Shown here in pieces: positions 1-10,208 of a DNA stretch of 64,000 nucleotides (position 1 is its first letter; every line of letters begins with the position of its first letter). Both the position numbers and the translations under genes were made by a program. The notes beneath the pieces are model-generated. The model was given only the letters and a program-made list of their open reading frames with translations, was not told where the DNA came from and made no database searches. The DNA is from an uncultured Clostridia bacterium (GTDB lineage Bacteria; Bacillota; Clostridia; TANB77; CAG-508), in NCBI GenBank assembly GCA_947630155.1, contig CANRGM010000100.1, positions 6,866 to 70,865 on the forward strand. Reading direction: 5' to 3'.

Positions 1-1
1 C

Positions 2-373
2 ATAATAGACAAAGAGTATAGGGAATTCATTCAATTGCTTAAAGGATATATTGATTCTCATAAAAACAAAACTGATATTATTCATGTTATTTATTCAAAT
101 TCAGAGCCTATTTTATTAGATAAAATGCAAAATATTTTAATTTATAATAATCAATTAGAAAATCCGAAGTATTTATCTGATATTTCTTTTTCTTCTAATG
201 ATTATTGTTTAAATGCATTGCTTAATTTATTACCTAAAAGGATTGTTGTTCATTTATTGATTGACGAAGATGAGTTTATAGAGACTTTAAAACTTATTTT
301 TGGAAAGAGATTGGTGATTTGCAAAGAATGCAATATTTGTAAAACCTTTGAACTGTTGAATGTGCATAGTTAA
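2..373 (+). CDS. Hypothetical protein, 5'-partial (frame is open to the window start); C-terminal CxxC..CxxC motif
   Basis: ORF track 35..373; the frame has no stop upstream back to position 2; no recognisable family. Confidence 0.35.
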   Translation: MIDKEYREFIQLLKGYIDSHKNKTDIIHVIYSNSEPILLDKMQNILIYNNQLENPKYLSDISFSSNDYCLNALLNLLPKRIVVHLLIDEDEFIETLKLIFGKRLVICKECNICKTFELLNVHS

Positions 374-418
374 ATGTTAGAAAAATTTGTTGCATTATAC
401 AAATACTTATGATAGAAT

Positions 419-1678
419 TTGATAAAAATCTATTATAAGGAGCAAGAAACTATGACTGAGAAAATATGGAAATTCATAGAAAAAAATAAATTTATGTTAT
501 TTTTTATTGTAATAACAATAATATCAATTTATGCAAGAATTGTATTAATAGACTATGTTTCAGGAGATTTTTACTATTGTATAGAACCTTGGTTCAATGA
601 ATTGAAAGAAAATGGGGGATTAAGTGCATTAAAGTTAGATATAGGAAATTATAATTTGCCATATTTAACGATTTTAGCATTACTTACATATCTACCAATA
701 GATTCTATTATATCTGTAAAGACGATATCAATAATTTGTGATTATATATGTGCATTAGCTGTAATGAAAATTGTATATATAATATATAAAAATAATAAAA
801 ACAAGGATTTATATGCATTAATAGCCTATGGTGTAACATTGTTTTTACCAACAGTAATCTTAAATTCAGCATATTGGGGACAAGCAGATGCGATATATGT
901 GGCATTTATATTACTGGCAGTTGCTGCGTTGTTAGAAGAGAAATACTTAAAAGCATTTATATATTTAGGGGTATCATTTGGTTTTAAACTACAATTCATA
1001 TTTATATTACCTTTATTAATTTTAATGTATATATCAAATAAAAAATTTCCAATATATTATTTTTTGATAATACCAATAGTAAATATAATAATGTGTTTAC
1101 CAGCAATTTTTTTTGGAAAACCAATTTCTGGTTGCATAGATATTTATATAAGTCAAGCATCAGAATATGATGCATATCTTAGTATGAATTTCCCTGGTAT
1201 ATACAATATATTATTCCCGACAACTGAAGAGAATTATATAATGGCACCCAATGACTATATTGCTAAAACTGGTATAATGGCTACTTTATTTGTATTTGTA
1301 ATAATGGCAATGTTAACCTTATATAAAAAAATAAAATTTAATAAGCAGCAAATTATAGAATTTGGCTTATTAAGTATAATGATTGCGACATTTTTGTTGC
1401 CACATATGCATGATAGATACTTATTTGCAGGAGATATATTAAGTATTTTATATTTCATATACAATAAAGATAAAATATATGTACCAATAGGAATATCACT
1501 AATTTCTATATATGGATACACCGGCTTTTTATTTGGAAAAAATCCAGTTCCAATACAGTATTTAAGTTTTATATATTTAGTATTAATAGTTATAGTAGCA
1601 AAAGATATTTATAAAAAATATTTTGAATTTAATGATGAAAATAGTGAAATTAAGCAAGAGAATGGTATTGCAAATTGA
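419..1678 (+). CDS. Polytopic integral membrane protein, possibly GT-C-like glycosyltransferase (DUF2029/ArnT-like)
   Basis: 419-aa ORF with more than 10 hydrophobic segments and an acidic loop motif (DYVSGDFYY); family assignment is from memory only. Confidence 0.4.
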   Translation: MIKIYYKEQETMTEKIWKFIEKNKFMLFFIVITIISIYARIVLIDYVSGDFYYCIEPWFNELKENGGLSALKLDIGNYNLPYLTILALLTYLPIDSIISVKTISIICDYICALAVMKIVYIIYKNNKNKDLYALIAYGVTLFLPTVILNSAYWGQADAIYVAFILLAVAALLEEKYLKAFIYLGVSFGFKLQFIFILPLLILMYISNKKFPIYYFLIIPIVNIIMCLPAIFFGKPISGCIDIYISQASEYDAYLSMNFPGIYNILFPTTEENYIMAPNDYIAKTGIMATLFVFVIMAMLTLYKKIKFNKQQIIEFGLLSIMIATFLLPHMHDRYLFAGDILSILYFIYNKDKIYVPIGISLISIYGYTGFLFGKNPVPIQYLSFIYLVLIVIVAKDIYKKYFEFNDENSEIKQENGIAN

Positions 1679-1790
1679 TTAATGATGAATATTTATGTAA
1701 GCAAGCAATTAGTTGAAAATTGCTTGCTTTTGTGTTAAAATAGTAGAGTATTGAATTAATTTAATAGTCGAAAGGAAGTGAGAATAGAGT

Positions 1791-2726
1791 ATGTCTAATA
1801 ATAAAAATTATAGTAAAGAAAAAGTGATTTCTAAAATGTCAATCAACTGGTATCCAGGTCACATGGCAAAAACCAAAAAACAAATAATTGAAGATTTAAA
1901 ATTAATAGATGTAGTAGTAGAAATATTAGATGCTAGAATACCGATATCTAGCCAAAATCCAGATATTAGGGAATATACAAAAAATAAGAAAAAAGTTGTT
2001 GTTTTGAATAAAGTGGATTTAGCTGATGAGGTTGAAACTAGGAAATGGGTTAAGTATTTTGAAAGTAATGGAATACCAGCTGTTATAACTGATGCAAATG
2101 CTGGAAAAGGGATAAATGAAGTTATAAGAGCTGTTGAAAATGTAGCAAAAGAGGATAAAGAGAGATTTATAAATAAAGGAAGAATAGGCAAATCCATTAG
2201 AATAATGGTTATAGGTATTCCCAATGTAGGTAAATCATCATTTATAAATAGAATAACTAAGAAAAACACAGCACAAGTAGGTAATAAACCAGGTGTAACA
2301 AGACAGAAACAATGGATTAGAATAAGTGATGGAATCGATTTAATGGATACTCCTGGAGTTTTATGGCCAAAATTTGAATCAGAAGAAGTTGGATTACATT
2401 TGGCGTTTACAGGAACTATTAAAGATGAAATTCTAGAAACAACTGAAATTGCTTTTGAATTAATGAAATTTCTATTACATAATTATTTGAAAAATGTTGT
2501 TGAAAGATATAAACTGGAGGAAATTTCAATAAATGAAATTTTGGGTAGTGACAACGAAGAGAATGAAAAAATATTACAGATAATAGATGTAATAGCCAAA
2601 AAAAGAGGCGCTATTATATCTGGGGGAAGAATAGATTATGAAAAGGTCTCTAGAATTTTATTAGACGAGTTTAGAAGCGGAAAAATAGGAAAAATTACTA
2701 TTGAGAGAGTCGATATAAAAAATTAA
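1791..2726 (+). CDS. rbgA: Ribosome biogenesis GTPase A (YlqF/RbgA)
   Basis: Circularly permuted GTPase motifs: NKVDLAD (G4) precedes GIPNVGKSSFINR (G1) and DTPG (G3); length 311 aa. Confidence 0.88.
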   Translation: MSNNKNYSKEKVISKMSINWYPGHMAKTKKQIIEDLKLIDVVVEILDARIPISSQNPDIREYTKNKKKVVVLNKVDLADEVETRKWVKYFESNGIPAVITDANAGKGINEVIRAVENVAKEDKERFINKGRIGKSIRIMVIGIPNVGKSSFINRITKKNTAQVGNKPGVTRQKQWIRISDGIDLMDTPGVLWPKFESEEVGLHLAFTGTIKDEILETTEIAFELMKFLLHNYLKNVVERYKLEEISINEILGSDNEENEKILQIIDVIAKKRGAIISGGRIDYEKVSRILLDEFRSGKIGKITIERVDIKN

Positions 2727-2758
2727 AAATATAGGAGAAAAGGAGGAATAGTAAATTA

Positions 2759-3154
2759 ATGGAATTAATTGATAGAGAAAAAAATGAAACAGATGTAAAC
2801 ATGCTATCTCCTTTAACATGGGCATATATAGGTGATGCGGTTTATGAATTATACATAAGAACAAAATTAGTAAATAATACTAAATTAAAACCACATAAAT
2901 TACATATTGAATCAATTAAATATGTTAAAGCTAAGGCTCAAGCAGATATATTAAAAAATATTGAAAAAAATTTATCAGAACAGGAAAAAGATATAGTCAG
3001 ACGAGCAAGAAACGCAGAAAATCATCATTTGCCTAAAAATGCAGATCCAGCAGATTATATGTATTCTACTGCATTTGAGGGATTAATTGGCTTCTTATAT
3101 TTAACAAAGCAAGATGAAAGATTAAAAGAAATTTTAAAAATGTGTGTAGAATAG
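2759..3154 (+). CDS. mrnC: Mini-ribonuclease 3 (Mini-III, YazC)
   Basis: 131 aa; RNase III signature LTWAYIGDAVYELYIR; no dsRBD. Confidence 0.8.
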   Translation: MELIDREKNETDVNMLSPLTWAYIGDAVYELYIRTKLVNNTKLKPHKLHIESIKYVKAKAQADILKNIEKNLSEQEKDIVRRARNAENHHLPKNADPADYMYSTAFEGLIGFLYLTKQDERLKEILKMCVE

Positions 3155-3205
3155 TTGACTATTTTGTGTGAAATATGTTATAAATATAAAGTAGCGCAAA
3201 AATAT

Positions 3206-3280
3206 GGCCCGTTGGTCAAGCGGTTAAGACGCGGCCCTCTCAAGGCCGAATCATGGGTTCGATTCCCGTACGGGTCACCA
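3206..3280 (+). tRNA. tRNA-Glu, anticodon CUC (75 nt, ends in encoded CCA)
   Basis: Hand-folded cloverleaf: acceptor GGCCCGT/ACGGGTC, T-arm ATGGG-TTCGATT-CCCGT, anticodon stem CGGCC/GGCCG with loop CTCTCAA. Confidence 0.75.
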
Positions 3281-3391
3281 GAATGTTAAAAACTCATTTT
3301 GTTTTGAGTTATACACGCAGAAGCATATGCCATTAAAACAGATAGAAATAGACTATCTATTTTAATGGTATTGTTATTTGAATAATACTTA

Positions 3392-4324
3392 TTACACAGC
3401 AAAATTAATAGCTCTAGCAACAACATCTTTCATATTCTCAATTAAATCGTCAATTTCTTTAGGAGTAACAATCATATTATAGCCAGTAGGATTCAGGCTT
3501 TCTTTTATTTCTTCATAATTGTCTTGATCTTTTAAAGCATTTAAATAGTCATTTGATTTAGCTTCATCTTGTAATTTTCCTATAAATAAATTTAAACAAT
3601 CATTAACTAAAACAGCAGATTCAACTACCATAGGTACTCCAATTGCTATAACTGGAATGCCTATAGTATTAATGCTTAATTCTTCTCTAGCATTCCCAAC
3701 ACCACCACCAGGGACTATTCCAGTGTCTGAAATTTGTACAGTACTACTAATTCTTTCAATACTTTTTGATGCAAGACTATCTATTACTATTAACATTTTA
3801 GGTTTTACATTATCTACTATTCCTTTGATTATTTCTGAAGTTTCAATCCCTGTAGTACCTAGAACTCCAGGTGCTATAGCACATACAGAACGAGTTCCTT
3901 CTTTAACATATTGTGGAGTATATTTTATAAAGTGTTTTGTTATATCTATTTCTGAAACCACTTTAGGTCCTAAAGAATCAGGCGTTACAAATTGATTTCC
4001 TAAGCCAACCACTAATATTTCATCTTGATTTTCGCAGTGCTGGTCTATTATTTTTTTTAGTTCATCTTTTACTACATCTGAAGCTTTTTCAATATCTTCA
4101 TCTGTTGCAATTTTTAAATTTTTAATGTCAATTGTTACATATGTGCCTACTGGTTTACCAATTGCCTGCTCTCCTTGAGAATCTAATATTTTTACGGTAT
4201 TAGTTTTTATACTTTCACTAATTGTAGTTTCTGTTGTTTCTATTCCAGGGATATTTTCAAGTTTGTTTGCTTTTTTATAAATATCTTTTCTTTCATCTGC
4301 CATATCTGTTCTAAAGTTATACAT
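3392..4324 (-). CDS. gpr: Germination protease (spore endopeptidase Gpr, peptidase A25)
   Basis: 310 aa; the N-terminal NFRTDMADE motif and overall similarity to Gpr were recognised from memory. Confidence 0.75.
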   Translation of the reverse strand: MYNFRTDMADERKDIYKKANKLENIPGIETTETTISESIKTNTVKILDSQGEQAIGKPVGTYVTIDIKNLKIATDEDIEKASDVVKDELKKIIDQHCENQDEILVVGLGNQFVTPDSLGPKVVSEIDITKHFIKYTPQYVKEGTRSVCAIAPGVLGTTGIETSEIIKGIVDNVKPKMLIVIDSLASKSIERISSTVQISDTGIVPGGGVGNAREELSINTIGIPVIAIGVPMVVESAVLVNDCLNLFIGKLQDEAKSNDYLNALKDQDNYEEIKESLNPTGYNMIVTPKEIDDLIENMKDVVARAINFAV

Positions 4325-4585
4325 AAGATTACCTCGCTTTCTGTGGGTAGTATTTGAAAATTATGTAGTATTTATTCGTATATGTGTGTAAAATTTTATG
4401 TTATTATTTTTTTGTTGATGAAGGGAATAAATTATTATTTTATTTCACTAGATATATGTAATTTTACTGGATTTATACATAAGTATTTTGTAGAAAAAGG
4501 TCGAAATATTCTTTAAAAAAAGTATTGACAATTGTGTTGAAATTAATTATAATAAAACAAGAGTTCGACAAAAGGGGGTTCGCAT

Positions 4586-6214
4586 ATGATAAGCACAATG
4601 CATATTAAAAATATAGGAATTATTGAGGATTTGACGGTAGAATTTAATAATGGTTTTAATGTTTTAACAGGTGAAACTGGCGCAGGAAAAACGTTGATAA
4701 TAGATTCATTAGGTGTTATATCTGGTGATAGATTTTCAAGAGAAATGATTAGAAAAGGTGAAAGTTATTCTTTAGTAGAATTAAATTTATTCTTGCCAAA
4801 TAATGAAAAATCAATAGATGGAAGTATTGTAGTTTCAAGAGAAATCTATGATAATGGTAGAAACACTTGTAAGATAAATGGCAGGTTGGTTACTGTAAAT
4901 GAATTAAAAGAATTTATGAGTAATGTTATAGATATACATGGTCAAAATGATAATCAAGTATTGATGAAAAAACAAGAGCATGTAAAATATTTAGACAATT
5001 TTATAGGTGATGAAATAATTAATCTAAAATTAAAATATTTTGAGTTATTTAATTGTTATAATAGTATAAAAAAAGAATTAAAGAAAAATTATGGTGATGA
5101 AAAAGAGAAACAGCGTAAATTAGATTTACTAAAATACCAATTAGGCGAAATTAATGAAGCTGATTTAAAGTTAGAAGAAGAGGAAGAACTAAGTGAATTT
5201 CATAATGTAATGAAAAATTCCGAAAAGATATTTACTAATTTATCAGAGATAGAACAAAATCTTAGTAGTAATGCAATAGAGGCAATAAATAATTCAATTA
5301 GATGTTTTGAGAAAATAGAAAATCTAGGGGAAAAATATCAAATCAAATTAACAGAATTAAAGAATATTTATTATGAAATTCAGGAATTATCTAGAGATGT
5401 ATCTGATATGAATGAAGAATTGATTTTTGATGAAGAAAAGAGAAATGAAGTAGAAAAAAGACTGGATTTGATATATTCTCTAAAAAGAAAGTATGGTAAT
5501 AGTATTGAAGAAATACTAGAGTATAAAAGAAAAATAGATGAAGAAATTTTTAATATAGAAAATTGCGAAGAACATAATAATGAGTTAAAAAGACAATTAA
5601 ATGAATTAGAAATTGAAATGAATGAAATATGTGTTAAAATGAATAATTTACGTCAAAAATATAGTAATATTTTAAGTGAAAGTATTAACAAAGAATTATC
5701 TGATTTAGAGATGCCTAATGCTAAGTTTTTGGTAAGTATAGATTTTAATACCGAAAATGAGTTTAATGAAAATGGTTTAAATGAAGTGGAATTTTTAATA
5801 TCAACTAATATAGGTGATGATGCAAAATCATTAGTAAAAATAGCATCAGGAGGAGAAATCTCTAGAATTATGCTAGCTATAAAAACAGTACTTGCAAAAT
5901 CCGATAAAATGCCAATTTTAATTTTTGATGAAATTGATACAGGTATTAGTGGTAAAGCTGCAAAGTCAGTAGGAGAGAAGATAAAAATAATAGCTCAGAA
6001 TCATCAGGTATTGTGTGTAACACATCAACCAAGTATAGCTGCAAAGGGTGATTACAACTACTATATAAATAAAAAGGTCAAAAATGGTAAAACAATAACA
6101 GATATAAAATTGTTAAATGAACAAGAAGTTATAAATGAAATTGCGAGAATTTCAAGTGGAGATATAACAATAAGTTCTTTAAATCATGCAAAAGAATTAA
6201 GAAGAGCTGGTTAG
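4586..6214 (+). CDS. recN: DNA repair protein RecN
   Basis: 542 aa; N-terminal Walker A LTGETGAGKT; long coiled-coil; C-terminal SMC-like signature region. Confidence 0.9.
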   Translation: MISTMHIKNIGIIEDLTVEFNNGFNVLTGETGAGKTLIIDSLGVISGDRFSREMIRKGESYSLVELNLFLPNNEKSIDGSIVVSREIYDNGRNTCKINGRLVTVNELKEFMSNVIDIHGQNDNQVLMKKQEHVKYLDNFIGDEIINLKLKYFELFNCYNSIKKELKKNYGDEKEKQRKLDLLKYQLGEINEADLKLEEEEELSEFHNVMKNSEKIFTNLSEIEQNLSSNAIEAINNSIRCFEKIENLGEKYQIKLTELKNIYYEIQELSRDVSDMNEELIFDEEKRNEVEKRLDLIYSLKRKYGNSIEEILEYKRKIDEEIFNIENCEEHNNELKRQLNELEIEMNEICVKMNNLRQKYSNILSESINKELSDLEMPNAKFLVSIDFNTENEFNENGLNEVEFLISTNIGDDAKSLVKIASGGEISRIMLAIKTVLAKSDKMPILIFDEIDTGISGKAAKSVGEKIKIIAQNHQVLCVTHQPSIAAKGDYNYYINKKVKNGKTITDIKLLNEQEVINEIARISSGDITISSLNHAKELRRAG

Positions 6215-6368
6215 TTGTCGATATGTTACATAAATATTTAACTAGATGGTTTACTTCAAAAGTATTAAACTATTATTGTTAATTAATAAAAGCAACTAAA
6301 AGTATTTACTTTTAAAGGGTTTTAATATATAATATTGTAAGTTTAGTATTATAAAGGAGAAACCATTT

Positions 6369-7520
6369 ATGGGCGAAAATGAAGTAAATGATTTACAAGA
6401 AAAGAAAAGCTCTGTACCTCAATATGTAGAGGATGCTAAAAAAGCTTTGAATGGTGAGAAACTATCAGAAGAATCATTAAAAAATATAAAAAGATATTTC
6501 TTAATGCGCTTTAAAAAGGCAAAAAGTAATAAGCGAGACAAAGTTTTTTTAGATAAAATGAAAGAGTTATATGATATTTCAGAAGAACAATTTTATAAAA
6601 TTATTTATGTAGCTATGAGTGTGCATAAAAAAAATATAGCAATTCATATTGAGAATGTAAAAAAGATAAGAGAGTGGATGAGAATTAATGATTCAAAAAG
6701 ACCACCAAGAATTCAAAATTCTAAAAAAACAATTCCAGAAGAAGAAGCTATACTTGGGGAATCATTAAAAATAATAAAGAATGAGTATGTTGATAAATTT
6801 TTAGCTTTAAAAACAGAACAAGAAAGAAAAGTATATCTTGAATCAAAAAAGATGGAAGAAGGGATAACAGCAGAGCAATTTAAGGAGCTTATAACCATAA
6901 TTCAAGAAATAAAGCAAAATGCAGTTTCACAATATGTACAAAACGCAGAAGATATTTATAATTGGATTAAAAAAAATGAATATAAAAAGGTACCAAGAGA
7001 AACTGGTGATGAAGAGGAAGAAAAATTAGCAACACAATTTCAAACAATTATTAGAGATCTTATAAGACCATATAAAAATTATTGCAGAATTCAAAATGAG
7101 GAAAAATTTTTTGAAAAAATAAATAATAATTCCAATATATCGAAAGAACAATTTGAACAGATTTTGCATATCGTAAATGTATTTTATGAGATAAGTGATT
7201 ATTCGAAAGCATATTATTTTTTTAGAATAAAAGATATAAAAAAATGGATGGAAGATAATAAAACAACAAATCCTCCTCAATGTAAAAGCGACAAGGCATC
7301 AGATGAAGAGAAAAAATTAGGTATTGCATGGAAGAATATAAACATTAAGCTGATTGAGCCGTTTCGAAAATTGGAAACAAAGGAAGATAAAAAGATATTT
7401 TTCAAGAGAATAAAAAATCTACATCATATCACAATGGAGCAATTTAACCAAATTATGGAAATAGTAGATGAAATAAACAAAAATAGCATAAATAATTCTC
7501 TTATTATGGAAGATAGGTAA
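6369..7520 (+). CDS. Lys/Glu-rich protein with four internal ~90-aa repeats (I[ST]xEQF ... W[MI]xxN)
   Basis: Repeats visible in translation (ISEEQFYKII, ITAEQFKELI, ISKEQFEQIL, ITMEQFNQIM); no family match. Confidence 0.5.
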   Translation: MGENEVNDLQEKKSSVPQYVEDAKKALNGEKLSEESLKNIKRYFLMRFKKAKSNKRDKVFLDKMKELYDISEEQFYKIIYVAMSVHKKNIAIHIENVKKIREWMRINDSKRPPRIQNSKKTIPEEEAILGESLKIIKNEYVDKFLALKTEQERKVYLESKKMEEGITAEQFKELITIIQEIKQNAVSQYVQNAEDIYNWIKKNEYKKVPRETGDEEEEKLATQFQTIIRDLIRPYKNYCRIQNEEKFFEKINNNSNISKEQFEQILHIVNVFYEISDYSKAYYFFRIKDIKKWMEDNKTTNPPQCKSDKASDEEKKLGIAWKNINIKLIEPFRKLETKEDKKIFFKRIKNLHHITMEQFNQIMEIVDEINKNSINNSLIMEDR

Positions 7521-7556
7521 TTAATATTTAATTTTATTGCGGAAAGGATTAATTTT

Positions 7557-8330
7557 ATGTTTAGTTTTGACAAAAGAATTATATATATTATTTTAGGTTT
7601 GTTTGTGTTAAGAAATATTTTAGGTAGACTAACAAATACAGACAGTATTCTGATATTATTATTGACTTTACCAGCTATATTAATAGCTATAACATTTCAT
7701 GAATTTGCACATGCATATTCAGCAGATAAATTAGGTGATGATACACCAAGAGCACAAGGTAGATTAACACTAAATCCATTGAAACACATAGACCCTATAG
7801 GTTTTGCTTTACTAATTGTTGCAGGGTTTGGATGGGGAAAACCTGTACAAATAAATCCTAGAAATTTTAAAAGAAATATATCAATGACAAAGGCAGAGGC
7901 AATAGTTTCTATTGCAGGGCCACTAATGAATATATTTCTTGCCATTATTTCAACCATAATATTAGCAGTATTATTAAAATTTAATGTACTTGGTAATTTA
8001 TCAGCTAGAGTTGTATGGTTAATATTAATATTTTTTATGGAGCTTATATTAATAAATGTAGGATTAGGGTTATTTAATTTAATTCCACTTCCTCCACTTG
8101 ATGGTTCAAAAATCTTAAATCACTTTTTACCATATAAAGCAAAATTATGGTTTAGTAAGAATGAAATGATTTTATATATTATATTTATAGGTATATGGGT
8201 AACAGGAATTGCAAGTTATATAATAAACCCATGTATCAATGGTGTGACCAGTGGATTATTCAGTATAGTTGGAAATATATTTAATATTAATTTGAAACTA
8301 ATTTTGAGACTGTTTGGAATAGGATTTTAG
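7557..8330 (+). CDS. Site-2 protease family zinc metalloprotease (peptidase M50)
   Basis: HEFAH (HExxH) within a TM helix, a downstream LDG motif and multiple TM segments. Confidence 0.75.
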   Translation: MFSFDKRIIYIILGLFVLRNILGRLTNTDSILILLLTLPAILIAITFHEFAHAYSADKLGDDTPRAQGRLTLNPLKHIDPIGFALLIVAGFGWGKPVQINPRNFKRNISMTKAEAIVSIAGPLMNIFLAIISTIILAVLLKFNVLGNLSARVVWLILIFFMELILINVGLGLFNLIPLPPLDGSKILNHFLPYKAKLWFSKNEMILYIIFIGIWVTGIASYIINPCINGVTSGLFSIVGNIFNINLKLILRLFGIGF

Positions 8331-8366
8331 AGAAAGGAGTACAAGAAAAATCTTGTAGGAACATAA

Positions 8367-9368
8367 ATGAAAGATATAATAACTTTAGGAATTGAATCAA
8401 GTTGTGATGAAACCTCTGTAGCTGTTGTAAAAAATGGAAGAGAAGTACTTTCAAACATTATAAATTCACAAATAAAAATACATGAGAAATATGGGGGCGT
8501 TGTACCAGAAATAGCATCAAGGAATCATGTGGAAGCTATTTCGGATGTCACTAAAGAAGCACTAAAAGAAGCAAATATAAGATTTGAAGATATAGATAAT
8601 ATTGCATGTACATATGGTCCAGGTTTAGTAGGAGCACTACTAGTGGGAGTCTCATATGCAAAGGCTTTAAGTTATACATTGAATGTTCCACTTATTGGAA
8701 CTAATCATATACAAGGACATATTGCAGCAAATTACATAACACATAAAGAATTGGAGCCACCATTTTTGTGTATGATCATTTCAGGTGGACATACTCATTT
8801 AGTACATATAAAAAGTTATGAAGAATATGAAATATTGGGAAAAACAAGAGATGATGCAATTGGTGAAGCTTTTGATAAAGTGGCTAGAGTGATAGGTTTA
8901 GGATACCCAGGAGGTCCTAAAATAGACAAATTGGCTAAGGAAGGTATTCCAAATATTCAATTACCTAAAACTCATTTTGATAATTTGGATTTCAGTTTTA
9001 GTGGAATAAAAACAGCAATAATAAATTTGCATCATAAAAATCCTGATATAAATAAAGCCGATTTATGTGCTAGTTTTGAAGAAAATGTTACACATATATT
9101 AATAGATAATGTGTTAAAAGCTGCAAAACAATTAAACATAGACAAAATAGCTCTAGCAGGTGGAGTTTCTGCAAATACATATATAAGAGAAAAATTTTTG
9201 GAATTAGAGAAAAAAAATAATATGAAAATATATTATCCAGAACCAATTTTATGTACGGATAATGCTGCAATGATAGCATGTGCGGGATATTATAATTATA
9301 TAAATGGTAAGTGTTCAGATATGTATTTAAATGCAATACCAAATTTAAAATTGGGAGAGAAATTGTAA
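8367..9368 (+). CDS. tsaD: tRNA N6-adenosine threonylcarbamoyltransferase TsaD
   Basis: 333 aa; N-terminal [14 protein letters not shown]; Kae1/Gcp family His motifs. Confidence 0.9.
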   Translation: MKDIITLGIESSCDETSVAVVKNGREVLSNIINSQIKIHEKYGGVVPEIASRNHVEAISDVTKEALKEANIRFEDIDNIACTYGPGLVGALLVGVSYAKALSYTLNVPLIGTNHIQGHIAANYITHKELEPPFLCMIISGGHTHLVHIKSYEEYEILGKTRDDAIGEAFDKVARVIGLGYPGGPKIDKLAKEGIPNIQLPKTHFDNLDFSFSGIKTAIINLHHKNPDINKADLCASFEENVTHILIDNVLKAAKQLNIDKIALAGGVSANTYIREKFLELEKKNNMKIYYPEPILCTDNAAMIACAGYYNYINGKCSDMYLNAIPNLKLGEKL

Positions 9369-9378
9369 ACAAAATGAT

Positions 9379-10098
9379 ATGAGGAGGAATAATGTGGCTA
9401 TATATGTTATAGGAGATTTGCATTTATCTTTTACTGTTGATAAACCTATGAATATTTTTGGAAATAATTGGGATAACCATGAAGAAAAAATAGCAAAAAA
9501 TTGGCTAGAAAATGTCAAGTCAGAAGACACTATTATTCTTCCGGGGGATTTTTCATGGGCTACATACATAGAAGATGCCAAATTAGATTTTGAATATTTA
9601 AATAATTTGCCAGGGAAAAAAATATTACTAAAGGGGAATCATGATTATTGGTGGACAACTTTGACAAAAATGAGAGAGTTTATTAATGAAAATAAATTTT
9701 CTAACATAGATTTTTTATATAATAATTCATATTTAGTAGAAGATAAATTAATAGTAGGCACAAGGGGTTGGACACTTCAAGAAACAGATGAAAGCAAAAA
9801 AATGATTAATAGAGAAAATGAAAGGTTAAAATTATCACTAAAAGATGCTACTGATAATTATGGTACAGATAAAGAAATAATAGTATTTATGCATTATCCA
9901 CCAATTTCATCTAAAAATCTATTAGATAATAATCACTTGGAGTTCTATAAAACAATGAAACAATACAATGTGAAAAATTGCTATTATGGGCATTTACATG
10001 GAAATTCACATAATGAAGCAATTGAGGGTGATGTTGGTGGAATTAATTTTCATTTAATTAGTGCAGACTATTTGAACTTTAAGCCTATGAAGATATAA
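9379..10098 (+). CDS. Metallophosphoesterase (calcineurin-like phosphoesterase)
   Basis: GDLHLS, GD..., GNHD and HY motifs of the calcineurin-like superfamily; the true start is probably the GTG a few codons in, after an AGGAGGA RBS. Confidence 0.7.
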   Translation: MRRNNVAIYVIGDLHLSFTVDKPMNIFGNNWDNHEEKIAKNWLENVKSEDTIILPGDFSWATYIEDAKLDFEYLNNLPGKKILLKGNHDYWWTTLTKMREFINENKFSNIDFLYNNSYLVEDKLIVGTRGWTLQETDESKKMINRENERLKLSLKDATDNYGTDKEIIVFMHYPPISSKNLLDNNHLEFYKTMKQYNVKNCYYGHLHGNSHNEAIEGDVGGINFHLISADYLNFKPMKI

Positions 10099-10208
10099 AA
10101 ATAGTGCCAAAACTATTGCAAAATTAATAATTTGTGATATAATAAAAAAGCTAGTTGCTTTTTAAGAAAGTAACATAAAAGAGATAATTGAAAGGATGTA
10201 TGTAAAAA

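Noticed and set aside
708-1521. Minus-strand ORFs 708..905 and 1255..1521 inside the membrane-protein gene
   Set aside because: Entirely overlapped by a longer, better-supported plus-strand ORF; AT-rich antisense frames typically yield such spurious ORFs. The same reasoning applies to 1859..2269, 3657..3995, 6713..7280, 7697..7957, 9088..9581, 10403..11122, 12943..13146, 15300..15509, 19756..19959, 36351..36554, 40213..40964, 41890..43275, 52805..53455, 56355..56712, 58620..58836, 60215..60936 and 61591..61788.
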